A stretch of 64,000 nt of DNA from Salinivirgaceae bacterium (GTDB lineage: Bacteria; Bacteroidota; Bacteroidia; Bacteroidales; SZUA-534): the NCBI GenBank assembly GCA_024405635.1, contig JAKSOL010000012.1, forward strand, positions 1 through 64,000, read 5' to 3'. The position numbers and the translations under genes were made by a program. Positions 1 to 8,300 of the stretch are shown here, piece after piece. The notes under the pieces are model-generated. The model had not been told where the DNA came from. It worked only from the letters and a program-made list of their open reading frames with translations, and ran no database searches. Numbering within the stretch: the stretch's first letter is position 1; each line of letters opens with the position of its first letter.

Positions 1-2053
1 CAATTCGTGGTGGAACTTTGTAATCTCCATATTTACAATTATCAATGGGTCTTGATGGCATAGGCAAAATACAGCCTTTTGCCCAACCTTTAGCGTCATC
101 ACTACCCTTGTGCACTAAAACGCCATCCCTTCCATTTTCAATGTCTGAAATTATTCGCAAAGAATTATTTGTGAGATATTGTTTCTTTTCTTCCTCGTAC
201 ACCTTTGTATTGACCTCAAAATCATAAGTTCCTTCCATTATGCAATAGCAATCATAAGGAATTGATGTATCATCACAACTAGTCTTACATTCATCATCAG
301 TTCCACGAGGCAGCTCTACAGTGTAGCCACTAATTGTTCCATCATCAGTAACCAAAGTTCCTGTTGTTGAGTGTTCTCCTGTATTTGTACGAGTGATGTA
401 AATGACTATCTCATCAGGGTTGTATGCACTATTCAGTACATAATTCTTCAAATCATCAACACAATCGTAATTGCATGTTATCTCAAGAGGATACTTGTCT
501 CCATTCTTTTTACCAAACCCTAATGTAACGTTAGGCTTTCCTAAATCCAACCAATCCTTTTCAGACACATTAATTTCATCCTTGTTATTCACAGTCACAT
601 TCTTTGCATTGATGTTAAGCGTAATGTCGCTTATCAGCTTACCATTTGGCAAGGTAATTTCTCCTGTTTTGGTAGTTGTATTTTCAATATTTCTCGTAAA
701 ATTCAGACCTTTCTGCCTTGCCAAACGCATCGCTCTTACGATTTCCAATATATAATCATTATCATCGTCTTCCTTTACTATATATGGGCATTCTTTTAGG
801 TCAGAAGTCATAAAATAACTAACCCAGTTATTCGCACTAGCATCACTAGCACATGAATACAACGCACTTTGAGTTCCCGACTCTTGTACTTTTGATGCAT
901 CATCATATATGCACAACTTATATATATTGTCAACACTTTTCACCTTAATTAAATGATCTTTTTTAACCTGTATCTTATCGGAAGATGATATGTACTCTTT
1001 GTTATTGAATGAGAAACAAATGTCTCGCAATTCTGTATTCAACGCATCATTATTCAATGGCATATAAATATGCAAGTAATCCAATATAGACATAATTGCA
1101 TTGTCTGTACAACTCCCTGATATTTGAATCGTCAATGAAGGATTGATTTTTCCATTGGAACTGGATTTTCCACCTTCGACAAATGACAAAAGCCAATAAT
1201 CATAACCTTTACACCTGTCAACATATAAATATTTCTTGATACTTGACAATTCCAATTGCTCCAAATCCGTAACAACGACTTTTTTCAAATTACCTATACT
1301 TTTCGTTGTTGTATTATTATATATGGCAATATTATATTCATTACCATCAGGCATTTGTAATTTTCTAATGTAAACTCTTTTCGGGTTCAATGTTATAGAT
1401 GCAATATTTTCATCAACAGCAGCGTCACGAATTTTTTGGAAAATACCGCTCAAAATCTGGTCACTAATATTTGCTCGAATCTTCCACTCACTAAGCCATT
1501 TAATATCATCATCAGACAAATCCTTTAGTTCATCATCATTGTCTTCTTCCTCAATATCAATTGTTGTATTGTCCGAGCCTTCCACCACATCAGCACCACC
1601 TTGATTTTCATTGCCTCCATCTTCTTTTTTGCTTAAGAGTTTCTCCATTTTTTTGCTTTCAAACTGGATATCAATATCATTTGAGTCCCCATTTTGTATT
1701 GTTTTGAAGTATTCCTCACAGTTCGCGTTATTCTTTGAATGTACCTTGTTTAGCAACACAACAAATTTGTCAAGCAAATTGTCTTGCACACTTTCCCCCT
1801 CACTCTCATCCGCCAAAAATCCCAGCAGGTTTGTGTGCGACTCGTGCATCCATTGCCACTGCAGGTGGTTAAGCGTAGTACCGCCGGAGTAGTCCATAAG
1901 GTTTGGCGTGGTGCCTTGGGGGGCATGGTAGCTCTCGCTCTCATCGCTGAAGGTGTGGTGCAATGAGAAGGCGCCGTGGGACACCTCGTGGGCTATGGTG
2001 CTGGCGACATCGAACTGCTCAAAAATGAAGCCAAACTGGCGCCCTACGGGCAT
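1..2053 (-). CDS. Orphan polymorphic-toxin cassette 3 (runs off window edge): truncated HExxH zincin module + DESEGE junction + AT-rich variable region ending in a DUF5675-like domain
   Basis: Not in the ORF track because no stop is reached. Manual translation from ATG at 2053 gives MPVGRQFGFIFEQFDVASTIAHEVSHGAFSLHHTF...NLMDY...FLADESEGE|SVQDNLL..., open in the segments checked down to base 2. The C-terminal part reads IYITRTNTGEHSTTGTLVTDDGTISGYTVELP...GVLVHKGSDDAKGWAKGCILP. Confidence 0.85.
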   Translation of the reverse strand, partial: MPVGRQFGFIFEQFDVASTIAHEVSHGAFSLHHTFSDESESYHAPQGTTPNLMDYSGGTTLNHLQWQWMHESHTNLLGFLADESEGESVQDNLLDKFVVLLNKVHSKNNANCEEYFKTIQNGDSNDIDIQFESKKMEKLLSKKEDGGNENQGGADVVEGSDNTTIDIEEEDNDDELKDLSDDDIKWLSEWKIRANISDQILSGIFQKIRDAAVDENIASITLNPKRVYIRKLQMPDGNEYNIAIYNNTTTKSIGNLKKVVVTDLEQLELSSIKKYLYVDRCKGYDYWLLSFVEGGKSSSNGKINPSLTIQISGSCTDNAIMSILDYLHIYMPLNNDALNTELRDICFSFNNKEYISSSDKIQVKKDHLIKVKSVDNIYKLCIYDDASKVQESGTQSALYSCASDASANNWVSYFMTSDLKECPYIVKEDDDNDYILEIVRAMRLARQKGLNFTRNIENTTTKTGEITLPNGKLISDITLNINAKNVTVNNKDEINVSEKDWLDLGKPNVTLGFGKKNGDKYPLEITCNYDCVDDLKNYVLNSAYNPDEIVIYITRTNTGEHSTTGTLVTDDGTISGYTVELPRGTDDECKTSCDDTSIPYDCYCIMEGTYDFEVNTKVYEEEKKQYLTNNSLRIISDIENGRDGVLVHKGSDDAKGWAKGCILPMPSRPIDNCKYGDYKVPPRI

Positions 2054-2055
2054 GT
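1793..2055. repeat. 263-bp direct repeat, copy A (zincin-DESEGE coding module); copy B at 3992-4254
   Basis: Manual alignment gives 10 mismatches in 263 bp, with a 167-bp identical core (1813-1979). Similarity ends abruptly at the DESEGE codons. Confidence 0.95.
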
Positions 2056-2330
2056 TGCTCCAATCTTCTTTTGCTTGACCAAAAGAAGCAAAACTCAAGC
2101 CCAAATTAATGCGCTCCCCGCTCTGCCTGCCCTCGCTAAATTCCCTTGCAAACGTGTTCCAAACCACGTTTGTGGAATTTATGCTCGGTTGGCATTCACA
2201 ACTGCGCACCCTCGCCCTCCCGATAGCTATCGGGATTGGGCGCGCCCACGCACTCGGGTTTTGCAAACCCGTTGGGAATTTGCTTCTGCGCTTTATGGAA
2301 GTGGCGAGAGATTTTATGCAGAACGATGCA
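2056..2330. repeat. Highly structured non-coding element (REP/MITE- or ncRNA-like)
   Basis: Hairpin cttcttttg/caaaagaag (2065-2088) whose loop gcttga is complementary to tcaagc (2095-2100). Perfect palindromes tcccgatagctatcggga (2218-2235) and tgggcgcgccca (2237-2248). Stems caaacgtg/cacgtttg and cgggttt/aaacccg, enclosed by aaattccc (2138-2145)/gggaattt (2274-2281). Confidence 0.6.
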
Positions 2331-3002
2331 TTAGTTATCACAATCTCCGGTATTAAAGCAATCTTCCCAATCAAGCGTTTGTAAAAGTGGCAATAAATTA
2401 TCCGGCACATGGTCTATTTCATAATTTTCCTTTATTTGCTCAAATCGTAATGTTTGTGTATTTATTCGATAAATAAATGCCTGCATTTTTTTGTCAGATT
2501 GTATATTCCCAGCAACAAATATCATTTGCTGTTCGGGGTTTAAAAGCCCACTTATGCTGTTTTCATATTCATTGCCTTTCACAACTAGAAGAGAATCAAT
2601 TTTTTTGTATTCTTTGTTAAAAATTTCAAAAAACATAAAATAGTCAGTCAATTCATTCGGGGCATTACACTTCAATGATGTATGTGCTATCAAAAAGTAA
2701 GTATCCGTTGTGATTTTCAAACATTTAATTGGTAATTCTCTTTCTCTTACATAACCTCTATTTTCTTCTGTCCACATATCAATATCAATTTTAGTGCAAT
2801 TGATATTTGATGTGTCGCCATAATATACGAATTTGATTGCATCAGATTCATTTACACGTTGATTTGATTGCTCCAAAAGGCTACAGTCAATAATACCACA
2901 ATTTGTGTATTCATCATAAGAATCGATATATATTTTTAAATCTTGAGAAATTACAATATTTGAATAAACTATAAGTAGTAATGCAAGAGTTTGTTTTTTC
3001 AT
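2331..3002 (-). CDS. Exported hypothetical protein, candidate immunity protein for the cassette-2 tip
   Basis: 223 aa, AT-rich, with signal peptide MKKQTLALLLIVYSNIVISQ. Starts 2 bp after the stop of 3005..4816. Confidence 0.75.
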   Translation of the reverse strand: MKKQTLALLLIVYSNIVISQDLKIYIDSYDEYTNCGIIDCSLLEQSNQRVNESDAIKFVYYGDTSNINCTKIDIDMWTEENRGYVRERELPIKCLKITTDTYFLIAHTSLKCNAPNELTDYFMFFEIFNKEYKKIDSLLVVKGNEYENSISGLLNPEQQMIFVAGNIQSDKKMQAFIYRINTQTLRFEQIKENYEIDHVPDNLLPLLQTLDWEDCFNTGDCDN

Positions 3003-3004
3003 AA

Positions 3005-4816
3005 TTAGTATTTAATTACTTCTGTTAGTGTATAATTATTTTTGTTATAAAATCCAGAATAATAGTTAAGAGAATGATCTAGATAAAGTTTATTGGCATC
3101 AGATTTTGCATCACTTTCGTTTTGTTTTTCTCTTCCAGCATCAAAAAATCTTATATATCTAACTCCATTTTCATTTCCTATACCGACTACTACCATAAAA
3201 TGGCGTGTAGCCCTATTGCTGTTGTTGGGAACATTACCACTAGACTTGTTATGGCCAACACCAATCAAAACAGGCCTATTGGCTTCAAGTTCCGATTTTA
3301 TGTAGTTGTAGGCCTCATCTACCGCATTCGCGTCATATATTAGAGGCGTACTGTTGTACTCACTAAGATTGTAGTTCTTATCATTATCAGCGAAATAAGC
3401 GACTTTTATTGTTCCTATTTGAACTTTATATGGAGCTTTTTTTGCGATATCAGAATTATTGCAATCTGCAACCTTGTTATTGCCTAACATATACTCACAT
3501 GCACGTCTACAACACGAAGACCTCCAACATCCTGTACATTTCCCAAATATATTTTCGTCAAATTGGCTAACCCATGCAACTTTATCTGAAATGTCAACAT
3601 TGGGCGAATACAGGTAATTTTCAAACACTTCACATTCGTCGGTTTTTACCGTAAAGGATAAGCATTCGAATTTTTGCTCCGTCTTGAACTTATAGGTTGT
3701 GTAGCTTACGCCATCGTTGGTGCTAACGGTTTTATTCCTTTCGTAAGGAATAATTGAAATCGCCTTTGTTGTTGTCACATCAGATATTGTGTTGCCTTTT
3801 TCTTCATTGAAAGTAAGAGCAAACATAAACAGATAGTTCAATTTAGTTGAATCATCGAGTGCTATTTGTCCACTTTTGCCGTAACTCCAATCCTTATCGA
3901 TACTGAGCACAAGCGATTTTTTGTTGTCGAAGTTAGCCTTGTGTATTTTTTCAAGGTACGATAACACTTGTAAACTATCAATGTCTTTCAATTCCCCCTC
4001 GCTCTCATCATCCAAAAATCCCAGCAGGTTTGTGTGCGACTCGTGCATCCATTGCCACTGCAGGTGGTTAAGCGTAGTACCGCCGGAGTAGTCCATAAGG
4101 TTTGGCGTGGTGCCTTGGGGGGCATGGTAGCTCTCGCTCTCATCGCTGAAGGTGTGGTGCAATGAGAAGGCGCCGTGGCTTAGCTCATGGGCTATGGTGC
4201 TGACGACATCGAACTGCTCAAAAATGAAGCCAAACCGGCGCCCTACGGGCATGTAGCCGCCCACAATGGTGCGGTTGCCGTCGGGGTCGAGCTTGGTAAC
4301 GTTTTTTACCAAGAACAGGTAGTAGGTGTCGCTTTGTTGCGTGCCGAGGGCCTTTATTGCCGACTTCTCGTCGGCACTGTAAACCGAAAGAGGTCCGCTT
4401 CCGCCATGCACGAAGTTCCGCCCGTCGGCATATTGTATTTTCACTGATGGCGCTGTGCTGAGCCTTACGCTGGCAACGGCGGGCCTGAAAATGTCATTCA
4501 GCTCTTTTTCAAGTTTTTGTATGCCTGGCAGGCTGACATCATTCACCGGTACAAGGCAGATGTTTATCTCTTTGGGCTCGAACGTATCAAGGTTGAGCTT
4601 GCCGACCACCTCGGTGGTGGTGTCGGAGGTGGCCACGTGGGCATATACCGGCGACTCGCCTGCCGTGGCATCGCCACGGAGCTCCACGGCGTACGGCACG
4701 CCCAGCTGGTTGCGGAAGGTAACATTGACAGAATTCGCAAATACGTCAACCCACAGCACGCACAAGCAAGCAATGGCTATGAGCAAACTAAAGATATGAC
4801 GGGATAAGGAATTCAT
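3005..4816 (-). CDS. Polymorphic-toxin cassette 2: signal peptide + zincin (HELSH) module + DESEGE + papain/peptidase C39-like Cys-His-Asp tip
   Basis: 603 aa. From VTFRN to DESEGE it is homologous to the middle of the 1290-aa protein. The tip contains VAWVSQF...CCRRACEYML...RPVLIGV...HFMVVVG...YIRFFDAG. Confidence 0.85.
   Translation of the reverse strand: MNSLSRHIFSLLIAIACLCVLWVDVFANSVNVTFRNQLGVPYAVELRGDATAGESPVYAHVATSDTTTEVVGKLNLDTFEPKEINICLVPVNDVSLPGIQKLEKELNDIFRPAVASVRLSTAPSVKIQYADGRNFVHGGSGPLSVYSADEKSAIKALGTQQSDTYYLFLVKNVTKLDPDGNRTIVGGYMPVGRRFGFIFEQFDVVSTIAHELSHGAFSLHHTFSDESESYHAPQGTTPNLMDYSGGTTLNHLQWQWMHESHTNLLGFLDDESEGELKDIDSLQVLSYLEKIHKANFDNKKSLVLSIDKDWSYGKSGQIALDDSTKLNYLFMFALTFNEEKGNTISDVTTTKAISIIPYERNKTVSTNDGVSYTTYKFKTEQKFECLSFTVKTDECEVFENYLYSPNVDISDKVAWVSQFDENIFGKCTGCWRSSCCRRACEYMLGNNKVADCNNSDIAKKAPYKVQIGTIKVAYFADNDKNYNLSEYNSTPLIYDANAVDEAYNYIKSELEANRPVLIGVGHNKSSGNVPNNSNRATRHFMVVVGIGNENGVRYIRFFDAGREKQNESDAKSDANKLYLDHSLNYYSGFYNKNNYTLTEVIKY
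3992..4254. repeat. 263-bp direct repeat, copy B
   Basis: Matches 1793-2055 with 10 mismatches. Confidence 0.95.
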
Positions 4817-5319
4817 TGTTGCTTATTTGAGGTTGTATTGAACTTCTGTTTTTGGACCTCATTATACCTTTTTTTCTTTATACGAATCAAAAACAATGTT
4901 CTCAAAAACAACATTGGTATTATCAAATCCCAAAAAACTGGATTTGCCATATCAACAAATGGATTACAAACTATATTTAACCAACCATTATTAAAAACTG
5001 TGATTCTGCTACACGAACCATGCATACCATCTAGCATTGTCATAAATAGCAAAAACAAATAGGTGCATGGAAACCAATCAATATTTAGAAATGAAACTAT
5101 TACAAATTTTTTGTATGATGTAGAATCAGGTAACAATAAAAATAATTGCAACACTATAAATGGGAAATATAATAGAGCAAAAAATAACGAGAATTTTAAA
5201 CCACACCTTGAAAATAACGACGACAAAAAAGGTATTAAGATTTCAAGAATAGCAAAAGCAATCAAAATTTTATGTGTGGTACCACTATTTTTGAAGGGTA
5301 CATATCCAATAATTTTCAT
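4813..5319 (-). CDS. Multi-pass membrane protein, candidate immunity protein for the full-length toxin tip
   Basis: AT-rich with about four hydrophobic segments. ATG at 5319 (TTG alternative at 5328) overlaps the toxin 3' end, and the stop overlaps the next start (ATGA). Confidence 0.7.
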   Translation of the reverse strand: MKIIGYVPFKNSGTTHKILIAFAILEILIPFLSSLFSRCGLKFSLFFALLYFPFIVLQLFLLLPDSTSYKKFVIVSFLNIDWFPCTYLFLLFMTMLDGMHGSCSRITVFNNGWLNIVCNPFVDMANPVFWDLIIPMLFLRTLFLIRIKKKRYNEVQKQKFNTTSNKQQ

Positions 5320-8300
5320 TTTTTTCAAATGTTACTTTGACATTGTTGTCTATCATGTAAATATTCATTTCAAATATTTGAGATTGTGTATCTGTTTCAA
5401 AATTTGATTTATGCATTTTTTCTTTATAATAGATATAAAAGCCTTTTGCTTTTGTGTCAAAAATTTCTTCCGGTAGATTTTTAATTGGAATTTTAAATGA
5501 TGGTTTTTCATCCAACAATGCTATTTGAAGAGCGAAAATACCATCCAATCGAATTGTTATATTGTTTTTACTTTTACCCCAATCCACTACACTTTGAACT
5601 GTAGCCTGCGCATCGCCAGCATTACCTTTTGCACCAAATTTTTCCAACAATTCAGTAGCACGTTTTACATAAAGCATAAATAAATTAGAACGTCTAATAA
5701 TTTCATCCGGTTCACTTCCGTCACTTGTATGTCCAAGCGTAAACGCCATACACCCATTCACATCATCACCATACATTTTGTATGTGTTTTGGCGGGCTTC
5801 GGGTAGATACTTCAATAAATTTTCTTGTGAAAAATCCGTTGTGATTACGTTATCAGCATTCTCGGCACATAGAATGGACCCCACAACTTTATTTATGATT
5901 GCATCATTGGAATAGGTTGTCAGACATTTACCATCGGACATTTGGAAATAAGAGTTTTCTCCTAACACTTTGACAGTTCCGTTTGTAAGTAGGATTTGTT
6001 CCCCGACTTTTGTGAAAATGAATTTATCATTAACAAACTTTTCTACCGCATCTATATAGTCTTGTAGAGGCACATCGTCAAAGCCTTTCGAATCGTTTGA
6101 TATTTCAAAATGCGCAAACACATCGCCAAAACGATGTAATAAATACTTTTGAAATGCCACAGAGTTTGGATATTTTGTTATTGCATAAGCCGTTGCTGCC
6201 AACTCAACACCATGGTATCCACCCGTTAAAGCGTGGTTACGTTGTTGTAGTCCACCAATCAGCCATGTTGTATTTTCAAGCATATTACCGACTTCCGAAC
6301 CTTCGGGAATAGTTAGCGTTACATCATTGCCCATTACCACGGTTCCTTTTTTCAAGTCGTCCTCGGTTATAACATGCGTGTCAGGTTCCTCGGCATATCT
6401 GCCAAGTTCTTCAGCCTCCCCATAGCTCATTCCCATCAACATTCCCAAATACGTAAACAAATAATAATGCCCGTCGGTAGTCCATTCTCCCTCACTCTCA
6501 TCCGCCAAGAACCCAAACAGCCCGCTGCCGTGTTTCTCGTGCATCCAAGTCCATTGCTTGTGGTTAAGGGCGATGCCATCGGCATAGTCCATTAAATTGT
6601 CCGTTGAGTATTGCGGTGCACTAAAACTCTCTGTTTCAGAAGAAAAAGTATGGTGCAAACCAAACGCGCCGTGGCCTAACTCATGAGCCACATATTTGGC
6701 GGCTGGCACGCCAAACAGAAATCCGTGCTGTCGGCCAATTGGCATATAGCCTGCCAATATATCTTTCATTGGCGTGCCATCGGCGTTTAGGCGTGTTACA
6801 TTGTCAACTACAAACAAATAATAAGTGTCGTTGTCGGCATTCTGCAACGTTTTAATTGCATTTTTTTCGTCCTCGCTATACACTGAGAGCAATCCGCTAC
6901 CTCCATGCACAAAACCGCTGCCGTTGGCATATTGTATATTTATAGGTGTTGCAGTGCTCAGTTTCACACTTGCCACGGCAGGTTTGAAAATCTTATTCAG
7001 CTCTTTTTCAAGTGTTTGCGCGTTTGGCGGAGTTGCGCCATTCACAGGTACAAAGCAGACGTTTATCTCGCGCGGCTCAAAGGTGAGCAGATTGAGTTTG
7101 CCAACCACTTTGGTGGTGCTGTCGGTTTCGGCCACGTGGGCATAGACGAGCGTTTCGCCGGGCTGCGGCTCTCCGCGAAGAAGTATCTCGCCATTGGCTT
7201 TTGCGTATGGCACGCCCATATTATTGCGGAAGGTTACACCATCCATTGGGTCGGCTAAAATTTTATCTGTCTGCCATTGTGCAATACTTTTATAAGCAGG
7301 ACGGTAGCCGCCCTCAAGTGCGGAATATATTTCGGGATAATTATTGCTTGTTTCGTTATAGGCGTCAAAACCGTAGGTTTGCAAACTGCTTGGTGAGAAA
7401 ACAACTTCACCTGCGGCTATCTGCTTGTCTTTGCGCTCGTTGTCGTTCTTAATGAGCGTGCTGTTCTTGCCGGTGTTGTGGTACTGCTCGGCGCTCATCA
7501 GGCGGTGGTCGCTTGTTACAACCATCTTGTTTCCTTCGGCATCTTCTACCATGGTGCGGCCAGCGTTGGCCAACAGCGGTGTTACGTTTTTTTCTGTGCC
7601 GTCTTGTAGTACGGCTATGTAGTTGTCGTTCTGGTCTTTATAAATGGTTTGTACGGTATAACTGAGTTTCAGAGTGTCGCGAATGCTGTTGTCGTAAAAA
7701 ACGGTTGCGGTGTTGTTTCTTATGTCAGTTATGGTGGCGGCAATGGCTTTGGGACTGACCATCAGGCCGTCGTTGCGCACGCTGCGCCACTGGCCGTCGA
7801 AAATCACGCCGTCGGTGTTCACCTTCAGGTCGGTGTAGTCGCAGCGCACCTTGGTCTTCCACAGCTCGAGCCACAGGTAGAACTGGCCGTTGTATGAGCC
7901 GTCGCCGTTGGGCACTGCCGTGAGCACAATGAAGCGTGTGCGGCCGGTGCGGTTCTCAATGGTATCGCCCTCGTGCAGCTCCTTCAGCTCGTAATTGGTT
8001 ATGGTGCGCGGCTTGGGCGTGTCGTCGCAGCCGCAGTTGGGGCACTCCTCGGGCGTGGGCGGTGTTCCGGGCGGGTCTATCTCAAAGTCGCTCCACGGCG
8101 ACCAGTCGGCTTCCAGTCCGCCGCTGCACTCGCCGCGCACCCGCACCTTCCATGTGCTGCCCCGCGGAAAGTCGTACAGCTTGAACTGGCTGTCGTAGCA
8201 GTCGTTGAGCTCCGACACTCCGTTGTCGCCAACCAGCTCAACCTGGAAATGGGTGTGATACGGCGACGGTGTCCAGCTGAAATCGACACGGGCGTTGTGC

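Noticed and set aside
1976-2384. Plus-strand ORFs 1976..2356 and 2109..2384 (containing PIAIG/SYRD)
   Set aside because: They are antisense to the zincin module or are translations of the palindromic element, with no protein-like features.
1793-4254. 263-bp repeat pair as a diversity-generating retroelement TR/VR
   Set aside because: The 10 differences are not adenine-specific on either strand, both copies are coding and internal, and there is no reverse transcriptase in the window.
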